Counted from the first letter of the stretch, positions 25,423-38,942 are shown. The stretch: 64,000 nt of DNA from Lingula anatina (GCA_051362555.1 CM120648.1:19774587-19838586), one strand, 5' to 3'. Notes: generated from the sequence alone by a model not told the origin. Translations and numbers: made by a program.

Positions 25423-28400
25423 ATATAACCTTGGATTGTGTGATAGACATGTAACTTTAGTTTACAATCTGTGATAACTTTATTTTGTCAAGACGAATAA
25501 ATCTCTCTACTGCATTGAGTAAATTCCAACATACCTTGAACCCTACTATGTAGAAACAGTTGTGATCAGAGGGGAGAACAGAACAATTAAAACATCTTGA
25601 CGTCATTTTTATTTACTACAAATATAGCGAAAGTCGACTGATTTTCTTGAAAGAAAGAAGCACAGCGACCTAATATCCGCGACCAAATCGGCTATAATAT
25701 TTGCTAATGACAATTGTGTAAAGAGAGCCAATACATTTATATGTGTATGTTAGAAAAGTTTCTCTTTTGTATTTTGATTCTTTACCACTTCTCCGTTTCC
25801 AAATCTGAAATTACTTAATATCCAGTGAAGAAATACCCCTGGATCTAATGAGTTCATATGAGCAATATGGTCAGAATTAACCACAGATATGACAGTTTTA
25901 TTTAGATCTACTAGTACCTAGCCACAACAACATTTCAAACTAAGGGCAACACAAACGTGGTCTTCATGTTTGTTGCGTATTGTAAGGCAATGTTACATCC
26001 AAGCTGTAGTGACATTGTTGCTGCGTGGTTAAAGATGCTGTAAGCATATCCCAAAAACTCCTTGTTTACTGCCTTGCGTACATTATAGTTGATAACAGAT
26101 AAATCACCAGTATTCAGTTACTGTATTAATTAACTTTTATACACGTCATCTTACGGGTGACGTCATTAATATGATTTTGTGGCAAAACTGAAAAAAGTGT
26201 TTCTCAAATTTCTCCTTTACTTGAAGAACCACGAACACCGTTTTAACGCCAATTTAATGACACCTTTAAGTAATCCAAAACACTGTCAGCAATTTTTCTT
26301 AAAATCATTATTCAGATATTATCATCGATAAGGCAAAACAATCCCTTTCTTTAGTGAGGATCTGTATATAAGGGCTCGTTAACTCCATAATAAAAGTATT
26401 TAAACCAAAATGACGGAAAGAGATTGCAGCCTTTTAACTTGTTGTCAGCTATGCCAATTTTCGTGATACAGTCTTATTCAGGGATACAGTTACGCCCCAA
26501 ACCGATTGCTTTCCCACCTCAAAGTAGAATGGTGCTAAATTGACAAATAAAGGTTTTGGATTTGCCGATAATATATCGCCGACAATTTATATTTTTGAGG
26601 GCATTTTATTGTTTTATATCAGCAAAGATAGACCCACTATTGAATAATTAGATGCAGGAATATCTCATTATCGCTATCGGGATGATAACAAAGGCTTACA
26701 ATACCGTTAAGATTCGTCAGCTTATTTATTTCTAACAACCAGAACACAGCTTATCAGGCTGAGTACTTTAGTGGCGTCACCACTTATTCACCAAACGGTG
26801 ACCCCGCCTGACGCAACACCTGCTCTATTAAAAAAAATATCTGAACATTTTTGTGAATTAGGTGTGACTTCTTTTGTCTTTTCAGATTAAGTCTCTAAAA
26901 TATTTACAGTTTTGGTAATTTCCCTTCACATAATTAACAAGGAAAGGTGCTACTACTGGGAGGGGGGGAGTTAAACGTTCATCGATCATTTGGAGGAATA
27001 GTGCCCTTGCTGGCAAGGACCGCGCCGATTTTATGAAAACTTAAGCACTCTTAACTTGTGCACTATTCTAAAAAGGTGGATTACGCTCTGTCGCCAATGT
27101 TCTGTAAAGTCATGTGCCTGTCTACATAAGACTTAAGCCCTAAACTACGTGAACTAATTATTTTGCAAGTATAACAACAGTTAGGTATATTTTACATTAT
27201 TTCCATCTATTGTAAAAGCTGCAGGTGAACTGCAGTGTTATAAAAAGGAAACTTGCACCGTAAAGATGGGAAAATTGTCTTGGATAATTTGTCATTGTGT
27301 AACTCAAGGTCAGAAAGGACGTTGCAAAGGCAGTCTTCTCAAGATAACTTCTCTGTAGAGTATATTCAATAGATACTACATTTAGTTTTATTTTATTGAC
27401 CCTGTCACTTTTACGTAAAGATATGTAAGGTATGGTATCATTTTCTGTTTACCAGCAGACGGGGATAAAAAGAAAGTTAACCACTTTAACCAAGATAAAC
27501 TGATCAGGGCATGGGAATTTGTTGACATCAGAGCTGGGTGCTGCGATACTCTTTCGAGAGAACGCACCGTGACGGGTTAAATCTGTCCACGCTTATGGAT
27601 GCAGAAAGGTATTGTGACAGTCAGTGAATAGCTAAGAGCGAGGTAAGACCCTGTCACCTGAGCACTATTTGCTATATATAACATCTTGGCATTCCAGTGC
27701 GCATTAGACCTGTATTCAGCATATTATTAGTAATTCTTGAATTTCCCATATCTTCCTGTAAATCAACAACACGCAACCATAAATCTTTGTGATCTGTATA
27801 TCTGTCCTTGAGATGGCAATTGCTGATTTTTTGAGTCATTAAATTTATAATGTAGATTAAGACTGGCGATTTTCACATGTGGCGGTATTAAAGTAATAGT
27901 AGTTATAACTTGCTCTTCTCTTGTTTGTCTTTTGTCTTACTTGATCATCTGTATAAATAGTCTATCACCAAATTCAAACTTCAGTACTGGAATTGTTCGT
28001 TGACAAGGTCATTCAACTGTGGTAAGTGAAGATTTCCTTTTACAAGTTTAGTTGTAATCTATCTGTATACTGAAGTACTTTGTACCTTTCATTGGAGATG
28101 CCTTGAGATGTTTTCTAGCTGGCCAGACAGTCATTATTTTCAAATCGGCTTTGATTTCTGGCACGCCCACTGAAGCTGTTAGAGGGTAATTAACTATAGT
28201 TTAGCGGCTTCAGTAGGCGTGCCAGACATAAAAGCCCTTCAAATTAAAAGCAATTTGGTAAAAAAAAAACTCCTTGGAGATAGGTCGATCTAGTTAGATA
28301 AATACAGGCATGGGAACCCAGTCTAAGAGACCATTCCCAGAGACTATCGTAATAACTCTGCTCGAACTGAAAGCAATTAGGCGAGGGACACCGTGGAGAT

Positions 28401-29449
28401 GGATGGGAACCCATTCTAAGACTGTATTCCCATTGTAGTAGCCGGATCGATCTAACTTTGCGAGACTTGTCCCTAAAATGCTTTCACTGCTATCAGATAA
28501 ATTTCTTCACCCGTTGAGTTACCAGGGGGTAATTAGTTATCAATAATTAACCCCTAGCAGCTTGATTAGGCGTGAAAGATAGATTAGCCATTTACACTGA
28601 ATGCAATTTTGTGAGAATGTCTTTGAGTTAGATCGATACAGCTAGCAAGATTGGGTTTATGGGAATACTCTCTATATGGAACTGATCGCAACATAATCAC
28701 GTGACTTGTTGTGAAGCATGTGATCAACAGTTTGCTATCACAGATTGTGGAGAAAATTGTTTGAAGGTTACCGTCTTTTGAAGTGAAATCCCCAATGAGG
28801 TATAGACAAATTTAACGTATAGGACAATTCACTCAGAAGGAAGTCGTTTAAGACTGCATCCCATAACCTTGTCGTAATTAGCAGGGCATTTCTATCTCAA
28901 CAGGGATTCTCTTTAATACCCCCGTCACACTAGAGGCGGAATGAGCAAGAATGGCGTCGGAAAGACAATTCTTTGTGCTTTCCTGGATATTCGAAGAGCG
29001 TTCTTAAAGCCACTAGTAGCAAGACGACCAAAGGCATAGAAAGAATACCCTGGGCTTATAGGTTTTTATAAAAAAATTAAACATACTTCCCAAAAGGCCA
29101 ATTAAAGACAGAGATTAAGTGCAGTGTCCAACGGATGACGCTATAGCGCCAATTTGGGGGGGGGGGGGGGGGAATGCTGTTTTCGGATTGGGAATTTTCT
29201 CCATAACCAAGACAGCTATTCAAGTGATTCAAACGGCCTCATAAAGCTGGTTGGAAGCACTTCAAATGGGTATCAGGGAATCGTCTTAGGCTGCGTTCAC
29301 ATGAAAATCTAAATTCTAAAAACCTAAAAATCCATTGGCGGTATCTAGTGATCACGGTCTGTACCCTGAATACCTCGCGGCGTAATTAACTAGCAGGCGG
29401 GGGTGGGGGGGGTGTTAACCAGTGGCTCATATGCGTCTATCGACATTAA

Positions 29450-31623
29450 AGGACAATGGTCATGACGTCAGAATGACCTGAACGGAACATATTCTTCAGA
29501 CAACATGCCCAACTAACGATATCTTTATCTAAATACTCGAAGTAAAAGCTCGTTTGGTAAATTTTGGACTCTAAAAACGTCCTTTCTGCTTGGCCTGCGA
29601 GTTAATGAGCTAAGTGGTCACGTGGTCCGATGACGACAATCGAGCCACCGGCGGAGCTGTCAAACTCAGCTGTATTGTCTACCTGTAAGATTAATTTTCT
29701 GGCTATACTTATTCAAATCTCTTATCCGAGGGGTCTAAATTCTCGTGAACCTTTCATTTGAATAACTTAAGGGTACTGTTGATTATTCAATATGAGCTCC
29801 ATGTTCTTTGTGAAATTCAATTTATTTTATTACGCTGACACCCCGTCTTGCATACTTTTATTAAACTGAGGTAAACAGTGCCTGTTACCAAGTCCTATCT
29901 TGATCATCCATCTAACTGAAACATCCTTTACTTCTTAATTAGAGGGTTAAATGGCATTCAGTTCTCCTGTAGCCTTTGTCTTGCACTCTCGCTGGCAGTA
30001 TTTATCTCAGGTAAAAATCTACCTGTGCGTTAGTTTCAAAGAGCGGCTCCCGCAGACCTGGGGGTACTAGATAAAATCTGAACACCAGGTTTATTGAGGA
30101 GCTAGAGAAATAAAGGAAGAATTTTTCCTGCACAGCTTCATAGGAATATTAACACAGACTTGATCCAGCTTAGACCTCCAAAATAACAGGGTGACGTGGG
30201 CAATTTTCACAAACAAAAAATAAAACTATATTTCAGTTAGCCTCCCTTTAAATAAATTAGAATAAATTGGGTAAATTAGAATATTTATAAAATCGCCAGA
30301 ATATTTTTGACTAAATGATTATTTTATTATAAATGGAAATTAAGCTACTTTATGTGGTACACGTGCTGTCCTTGATATTTTGCGTTAGACTACATTTTGC
30401 TGTACGTGCTTGGAATTTTTTTAAAATTTTTTATAATAACGTACGTAAAACTGCACATTTAGTAAACATTCAAGTAATGACTTTCCATGCTACTAATAGC
30501 AAACAATGCTCTTTTACCTTGACCTGCTACATGTTTTTGGGTTTGATAAAGCTTACAAATTTGCAAAAAGTTTTGCGTACAGATGCAGAACTTGCTTTTC
30601 AAGTTATAAAATGATAAATCTTTTAAATTATTTAATATTTCAGATGAAATAACCTTCAGAAACAAATCCTCAAAACATAAACGAATTAGGGTTACGAACC
30701 ATTTTATTACAGAAGTTACCGTAAATTTCTTTAATATACCGCTCTTTTTCCTGTTATTCCTCAACACGTTTTCTTCCACGGAAGTAATGCTTGGGCATAC
30801 GCATGCTTCAAGATACCCAGAGAGCAATTACTTTTATTAATGTTCGCGACGGTGTTTGTACTCAGTTGTTTAAATATTGACAATTAACGTCATTTACCAA
30901 TACCAATCAAACGAAAAAAATGAGATATATTGAAAAATATGAAAGCCCACCAAGACGGTTTTGATTTTTCAATTTATTTAAAATTTTAGCCCTACGGCTC
31001 ATCAGACGATTTTGATACCTGTTATTACCTGGGTTGTGAAGTGCAGCGGTGCATAATTAACAGGTTTTATTATAAACGAGCTCTTGGTCAACTACAATGC
31101 ATCAGCAATTAGTAAGTTTGCCAACTGATGGCAGTTAATCTGAAAGACTATCAGCTTTCGATATGATCTAAACCACCTGAGGTGTCCATGATCTCGAGCA
31201 TCACAACTATTGTCACCAAAGTTAGTCAGTAAGTCACGGAAGACCGTCACAGACAAAGAAAAGATTGTCAACGAGTGCTTCAATTTTGGTGAATCCCACG
31301 GCAACACACTAAGGCATAACGAAAATTGCTGAACTCCGTTCAACACAACTTTCCTAAACTTCTATATCTGTATGCACCATGCAGCTCAGTTGAGTCTCAT
31401 AGACCTTTATCGTGATTGTCGTCACAGTACCACGTGACCCAGATCTGTTGCTTCATTTATAATGCATATTGAGGTGAGGTTTACTACATCGCTTTTTGTG
31501 TACTTATAAATTGTTTTTATAATTTTTAAATGGCGGGGATCGATTAAAACATAACTGTAGTGTATAGATTAAGTGCTGGATCTTCAGAATTCGAAAAATG
31601 GATTTCAATATGACTATTGTCCT
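29450..31623. mobile_element. Non-autonomous Kolobok element
   Basis: TTAA TSD at 29446-29449 and 31624-31627. TIR AGGACAATGGTCAT / ATGACTATTGTCCT. Empty site visible in the paralogue near 19125-19140 (minus). Confidence 0.88.
30440..30556 (-). pseudogene. LINE fragment inside the Kolobok element
   Basis: KLYQTQKHVAGQGKRALFAISSM versus KFCQTQKHIAEQGKNALFAISSM in the LINE near 16100-16166. Confidence 0.8.
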
Positions 31624-31864
31624 TTAATATTGCGTCTACACCGCTAAAAATAAGTTTTAATTATTGGCAACGCTATTGCAACATATGATTTTTGCAACGT
31701 CAGAAATCATTTCATATTTTTACATTATCCAGTAACATCGCATTTTAAAAATACCCTTTGGTATCAGGGGTCTGCTATAATGTGAGAAATCAAGGAGTAG
31801 GTATTCAGATTCTTCATATTTCAGCTCATCCGAGGCACATTCGAAACATTCTGGCGGGATATAA

Positions 31865-32357
31865 AATCCCCGTCACACTAGAGGGGGAATGATTAAGAAT
31901 GGCGTCTGAAATACAATTCTTTGTGCATTCCAGGATATTCGAAGAGCATTCTAAAAACATTCTAAAAATTCTGAGTCCATTCCTCTGGCGTTATTTATAC
32001 ACTCTTGGCATCGTGTTACATTCTAAACATGTTAGAAAGTAATTTTAATTAAGTATTTTAGGTATTTCAGCTGCATTATGTTTGAATTATTTATATTTCA
32101 AACCATCACAGCCATACCGGGAGCAGTTGACTGCATTTGAGTTCGCTTCATATATCATTCGAGGCATCTTCTTACATACTTCTGCCTGTATTCGGCCAGC
32201 AGTCAAACCACACTCGTACGGCATTTGAATTTCATTCGGAATATTCTGACTTCAATTTGAAATTCCCTCCCGATTATGGCAGGAATTTTTCAATTTATTC
32301 ATTCTGGCTGGTTCTACCTTGATTCCTGCTGGTTCCGAATAAGTGCGACGGGGGCCT
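31865..32357. mobile_element. PIF/Harbinger-type MITE
   Basis: TIR CCCCGTCACACT / AGTGCGACGGGGG. TAA on both flanks. Related fragments near 8800-9075, 28917-29005 and 32393-32470. Confidence 0.75.
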
Positions 32358-33384
32358 TAAGTCGCGTACCAGTTCGAATATCCCTCGAATGTGATCAGAA
32401 TGTTTTGAATGTTGTGAGAATATTAAGAATGCAGTCACAGTGCTGTTAGAATACTATTCAAATGCCATTCGATCATAAAAATCCCGCAGACTACATTCTC
32501 TCCCCGAATACGCATGCATGCGTACATCTTTTCGTAGCGACTTACAACAAGTCGGAGGCAGTTGTAAATTTACGTGCATATTTGCAAGAGTTTGTAAGTT
32601 ACAACCTTTCGAGAATACGGCCCCAGTTGTTAATAGATGGCGCAGCGAGTAGTTTTTAGAGGACATTATGTTTTTGGTGCAAAGATGAAAAACCACCTTC
32701 GTCGGGGTTTACAATTGTATTTTTTATGGATTATGCGATATAGGCCCATTTCTATTTATTTATTTTTACCTACACAGTTTGGTAAAATGATTTTTCTCCT
32801 TGATTATATCGGCTTATAGAAATATAAATTAAAATTGTTTGGAAAAAATAAATGTAATTTTGACTTTTTACAAGTGTTAATTTCTATAAACATGTATGTT
32901 CAAGCTCTTTTTAAATAAAAGAGAAAAATAACAGGAATAAAAGTTTAAGCAGAGTTTCGAATTGTTGATATCGAATAAGAATTTAAAAAAAAAATAATGG
33001 GGAATATTTACTTGTCGTTGATGCTGTTTCCCCTCTCTAGCTCTGGCTAAGCGTAGTGGAAACCAGAGGCCAATTCCATAAGAGCATTCTAATTTAGCAT
33101 GATACTAGGTCTTAGAATGATTCTAAATCCCTAGGTGTATACTTGTTAGCAATCAACTAATTTCTCTTCCATAAAACCATACAAAGAATCATTCTTACTA
33201 GTAGTTTGCTAAGATTTGGCTAGAATGGTGTCTTCATAGGAAAACCACAAAACCACAGGGTCAGTTTCGCCAAACAGTAGGCAGTGACAGGGTGAAAGTT
33301 AAACTGAGTGCAGGCTGAGGGAAGTACTGGTCAAGGCATTCCCATGTATTCTATAAAAGCCCTATACAGAAAGTGGTCAAAATA

Positions 33385-33773
33385 GCAACTTCAGCTTCAG
33401 GGAAGATACAACGAAAGCCAAATTATTCAACACACGAAAATCTCTTTATAGCCAAATGCTATGAGGAATTTAAGGACTCATTAGATAATCAAAACAAGGA
33501 TGCCAGCACCAATGCTAGGAAAAATAAAGCTTGTTAAAGCAAACTGAATCAGCACAAGGCAAGGTTTCCTAATGTTTCGAGATCTTTGGAAGACTTGAAG
33601 ACAAAACTGCCCAAACTAAAAATGGAATCTCGTGCAAATTAATTAAGCAAGAGAATCCAAAGTTAAAACAAAAAATATTGAAATTGGAAATTGAACTTTT
33701 GGAACATAAACTTAATGCAAGCACACATAAAGATGACACTGACCATTCATCACCAGTGTATTTCAGTTTGTGA
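33385..33773 (+). pseudogene. Harbinger Myb/SANT-like DNA-binding gene remnant
   Basis: RKPNYSTHENLFIAKCYEEFK...TNARKNKAC*...RSLEDLKTKLPKLK, then a frameshift to a coiled-coil tail KQKILKLEIELLEHKL...PVYFSL*. Confidence 0.8.
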
Positions 33774-33973
33774 CCAATACCAGTTATCCACTGTCTGTAA
33801 AATAATTCTTAATGTAAATTGTAGGACATTTGCCTAAAACATTAGATCTGGTGTCAGATCATTAAATACAATGTTCTTTCTTATTTCATTCTCTCAAGCA
33901 AGAGTAAAGTTTAGGATCTATTTTGTATAAGTAATGCACGTACTCTGTGTCTATTTAACTGTAATAAGGTAAT

Positions 33974-34132
33974 AAGGCATGGTTTCTCCCGGTAGGGTGG
34001 GTAATGTCATTTTTTGACAATGTCAGTTTTCAGCAAAATGCCTTCTCTGGGAAATCTGTATCTTTTTACAAGTTCCACATCATCAAAAATGTTCAACGTA
34101 TTCCTTCTATCCCGAAACACTCTCCTAGACAT
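33974..34132 (-). pseudogene. Harbinger (HARBI1-like) transposase N-terminal remnant
   Basis: RRVFRDRRNTLNIFDDVELVKRYRFPREGI / DITHPTGRNHAL, convergent with the Myb-like gene. Confidence 0.8.
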
Positions 34133-34759
34133 ATCTTTTAAATATATCCCGACCTTTCTTTTCTTTTTTAAATTATATAATCTTATATAGAAATGAAAAA
34201 ATGGGTTAAGGAATCAAAGCCGAAAACCTATTGAATGGTCAGAGAGAGAGAGAGAAAGTGTAGGTGTTTTGCTTTACAAATATCCCCAAGTAATATAATC
34301 TTATAGGCCTATAAAAATGAATTAAATGATTACCCATGATATGATAGCTTTTTGTAAGATAAGAGAGAGAGAGAGAGAGCCGGGGCGGAATTTTGCTGGA
34401 ATTTTTGGTGAACTTGACCTGGGTGTGGTGTGAAAAAAATGGACATCGGACTCAGGTCGGACTTGAAGAACAAAACAAACAAGCACAAAAGAAGCACGAG
34501 CGTAATCTCCTCTCAACTCATCTAACACACTCACGTGGTCAAATGCACCCCAGGTCAGCCTCCCGGTTTATAGCCGCCGGTGGACCACTGGTGTAGGGCC
34601 TACTGCTGGTGGTTAGCTGGTGGCAGATTGCCGTTGGTAATGTAGCTGGTGACCGGTCCACCGGTGACCCATTCGCGATTTTCTCATCGTAATAGTTAAG
34701 AGTAGCTTTTTTTTTTTTTTTTCAAATACGCGTATGCGTATTGTAATAACCTTACCTCA

Positions 34760-34967
34760 TTTCGGCGGAAGTGTTTTTTTTTTTTTACCTTTGATCACTC
34801 GTTTGGGAGTGTGCAATTTCCTAGCATTTCATTGGCCTATAAAATTTACGTGACGTAAGCCTACTGCACGCGACGGCTGCACGTGACGTCTGCGTCGACC
34901 ACTCTACTCCGCCTGACTGCTGCCACTGGGCTTTGATTTCACTATATTTCATGCAAAATAGGTAAGC
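34760..34967 (+). promoter_or_regulatory. Promoter-like motif cluster followed by a splice donor
   Basis: CGGAAGTG (ETS) 34766, ATTGG 34831, TATAAAA 34838, TGACGTAA and TGACGTC (CRE), CACGTG 34880, AG|GTAAG at 34962. Locally CpG-rich. Confidence 0.45.
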
Positions 34968-35765
34968 CTACTAATATTTAAATACACTGATTGACAGATC
35001 TTTTTCAATGTAGGCCTAGATCTACATGTAGGAAAAATGTTGATTTTTAAAACAGGTTTTTTAAAATAAATTCTGGAAATTAGAACATTGTTATTGAGTG
35101 GAAGAAACAAAACGCGAAAGCTCCACCTACTATAGCCCTATAAGATATAGGTATGAAAAAAATTATTATAAGATTAGTATTTTGTATTTGAAAGTTTGGT
35201 ATTTTTTGCCTATTGAAAAGATCGAGTCAATTAAAAGGTATACATTTTCAAAGTGTATATATTTTTAAAAAATAAAAATGTGGTGTATCAGTGAGTTATG
35301 AAGGGTTTTCTGTGGCTTTTATTTAAAATTCATTTTAATAAGAATTAAAATGGAAAAGACCCATAATAGATTTATGCATGATATTGATAACAATTGGAAA
35401 AAGTAAAGTTTGTATCTTAAAATAAACCTTGGAATATAACCAGTGAACATTGGTCCTTTTTCTTTTGTGGTCCTGCCTAGCTAAATATTATTATTAAAAT
35501 ATCGGCAAAACGTCTGACATATGTGATGACTTGAAAACTGCGCTGCACTCTAACGAGACGGAAGAGACTATAATCACTCACTCAATTTGGTAGTTGTGAC
35601 CGCCACTTCTATTTCTTATTTCAATTTAATTTCAATTTATTAAACCTTTGACCCCAACGGCACATCAGAATGAAATACAGTGACATTATAAAGTCATATC
35701 AACGAACTACCACTTCAACAAAAACTACTACTGATACAAATAATAATAACAATAATTTTAATCTT

Positions 35766-35980
35766 ACACCCCATTTCCAGAGATTAGATCGATCTACTTT
35801 AGATCGACCTAACTCCTTGGGGTTCACGCTAAATAGCTGTCAGCCGGACGGACACGAAAATTAATTACATCCTTACAGCTTGTAGTAGGCGGGACGGACA
35901 TTTAAGCCGGATTATCTGAGAGTAATCTAGTGAGACTCCCCGCGGGAATAGATCGATCTAAAGCTCTGGGAATAGAGCCT
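35766..35980. mobile_element. GATCGATC-box MITE copy
   Basis: Aligns end to end with 19981-20197. Confidence 0.8.
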
Positions 35981-36086
35981 TAGCTCCGATGCACATTGTA
36001 AGTATTTCCCGAAGTTGTTTAATTGTGACACATTGTTAAGCGATAATAATTTAATTAGTATGAAGACTGCGAGCTTTTTGACCTTT

Positions 36087-36129
<43 letters not shown>

Positions 36130-37681
36130 GGCCCTATTATATGAAGCCAGGGATCTTCTCTTGAAATAGTATTTATTTCAAAACATTTACACATCACGGT
36201 CTCCTCTGCATTCACAGCAGCGAGGCGGCCCGGCTCGTTAAAATTCTCTCTCTTTAAGAGACTCTCTTAAATTTGTAAAAATAAATAAATAAATAAATTA
36301 ATGAATAAATAAATAAACAACCCTCGCTGAGATAAATTACTACTAACAGTATTTTTTATTCAGGTTAACTGAAAATTATAAAGATGGTGAAGTAGCCATT
36401 CCTACGAATCATGTAGAAAAGTGATGAATAGAAAATATATGGAAAAATTGGTCGTTTATAACTGACCAATATCTGAACAGATATTACAGTTTACATTCAA
36501 GTTGTTTTGTGTTCTGACCACCAATATCTGACATATGCATATTTGTAATGTTAAGATTTTTCATGTTTTTAAAAAGGCATTTCGGTGTTAATTAAATTAA
36601 GACTAGCCATATGGAAGTGCACATGTGTAATGAACCTTTTACATATGCCTATGACGAATGTCCTAAACTTATATAATTTTGTACGCTTAATTCAAGCGTG
36701 GGCTCGAAATAGGACATTACGTTTTCGTCTAACTTAGTGGATAACGCGATCCAAAGACTCCACAGTTCGTGTCAGATTTACGTAAGGTCACTCAAAGAAA
36801 ACCCAAGTCCACATAATGACCAGTTAAATGATTTATTCGTTGACGCTAGGTAACTACATATTCTAAATGAAGCCTGCAACTCTTAACTCGTCAGCTCCGT
36901 ACTCCGTCGCTTCCAATCTCCTTCTCCGCTGCTTCCTTCTACGTGTCTCCCTCAATCTCCCCGTTCAAATCTCATCACTTACTTTAAATACTATTTTGTT
37001 ATCTTTACATGGATCCAGTGCTGCACTAGTATGAGATGTACGTCAAACATAATTACCTTTAATTGTATAATTAATTTCTTTACCTCGGCGTTATACAAAG
37101 AGGCCACCACATTACTTAATAACTATTGGACTAATATAACACATTACGTCATATGACTTCGTGTTAAGGTCCACTAAATGCATGTGATGAAATCACTCAT
37201 TTACATATTATGTTTATACAATCAGGCAGCATATTATCATTCACCTTGCTTCAGTCTTGAATGAATATTTATCATCCTCTGTATTGGCATACCTGATAAG
37301 TACAACTGATATAACTTTCTCTCACTTGTTATCTATTGCATTGCAATTAGTATTTAAATGAGTTGCTGCCACTGTGACATGCAGATAGATTCCCTGTAGA
37401 TAATGTGTATAAATGCTGAATGCTTGGACTTAATAAAGGACTTTTAGACTTGGAACTGAATATGTGAGTCTGTGGTTATATTCCCTCTCCCATGTATCAG
37501 TGACAGGTAAAATATTAGAAGAACCTGGGTAGGGTGGAACATGGACCCCTACATTCGTACGATCTTTATGTCGGACCCGACACATGGTGCATTTTGTGCA
37601 TTTTGGTAGTCATTTTAAGGTATTTTCATTAATTCCAATCTGATTTCTTTACCGATAAATTATTCTTATTATGGTTTTCAG

Positions 37682-38699
37682 ATAACGTTTCATCTTCACC
37701 ACCCTCCTGCAGATTAAAGCTATGCTGAAGAATAACACTATTGTTCTTACAAGGTTAGAGCAAAAATTGAAATAGAACAGAAGTCCTGATGACAATATTG
37801 TCTTAATTGACGAGTTTGCATTTCCTATGGAGACTAGGGAAGATGTGGCAAGGGTTGAAAACATACTTAAATATAAGCATAATGAAATTACTGGTAAGTT
37901 AAGAAAATAATAGTATGATAAAAATTAATGTAGTGATTGTTGTGCTGAAGCTACATATGGAATAAATAATAAGTTGTTTTTTAAAATAGTGGTTATTTTA
38001 TAAATGATTAAAAAAAAACATTTTAATCTGAACACTTATCATTTGTTGTATGTATATATATAAATGTGCTTTACTAATTAAGAATATTTATATTTATTTC
38101 AAAGGTCAAACCACCTTGCCACACTGGGAGGGTTTTCCTCCAAGGAAATGGTACAGTGTAGATAGGATCATGTCTACTATTTTTAAAACTAACATATTGC
38201 ATGCCAGTGTAACTGGATTGGGAAGTGCGGAAAGGTTGCACTAAAAAACCTGGCCTTTACAAAAGCAATGGAATGTTTGCATTTCGTAATGATCAAATAA
38301 TGTTTGCTCAGATATATTTTTACATATTAATTGTATTATAATGATCCTGAAGTAAAGTTACAGTTCAAAATGTAAAGGTTGTTTCTTCTGAACAACTTTG
38401 TCTTTTTATGCTTTTTACATATATTCTCTTAACGATAAACGCATATCAACCTATTTCTGTCCTTTGATGAGACCATTCCGTTTTGTAACTCCTGTTTGAA
38501 CCATTTTTGTTTACTGTCAAATTTAGCACTGTTAAGATAGGAGGATTAAGTTAAGTTTTTTTTTATGTTTTCACAGATGCAGGTAGATCGAGAGCTACCG
38601 AGGCTGAATAAGACACATGCATCAAATTGTGGCTCAAAAATGCACATGATAGGGATGGCGGCAGAAAATTGAGGAAAATCAAAAAAAGGAGGTAAATAA
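37682..38699 (+). pseudogene. Three-exon DUF4806/BEN-like pseudogene (typical CACTA/EnSpm accessory gene)
   Basis: Exons at about 37682-37893 (FPMETREDVARVENIL), 38105-38274 (NHLATLGG...DRIMS...CNWIGKCGK) and 38577-38699 (TEAE*DTCIKLWLKNAHDRDGGR). AG/GT borders present, with stops and frameshifts. Confidence 0.7.
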
Positions 38700-38700
38700 A

Positions 38701-38928
38701 CACACTGGACAAAAGAAGTGTCACCCCCTGAATCAGAGTACTAAAAGTTATAATGCCTGGGTCAATATGACTCTTAATATGACTAATGAGTATAAAACCG
38801 CTGTACTATGGAATTGTATTCTTTTTTTTTTTTTTGAAATTTCATGTTTATAAAATGATACCAGGAGCATATCATTCCAGAGTCATTTATCTCCCCAAAG
38901 TATTGGTTCACTTCTATTGTCCAGTGTG
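38701..38928. mobile_element. Tc1/mariner-like MITE
   Basis: TIR CACACTGGACAAAAGAAGTG / CACTTCTATTGTCCAGTGTG. TA TSD not preserved. Confidence 0.7.
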
Positions 38929-38937
38929 TGTAACAAA

Positions 38938-38942
38938 AATAA

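Larger units (their letters stand above)
25640..31812 (+). repeat. Local segmental duplication, copy B, with later insertions
   Basis: Collinear with 10250-13885. Interrupted by MITEs and a Kolobok element. Confidence 0.8.
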
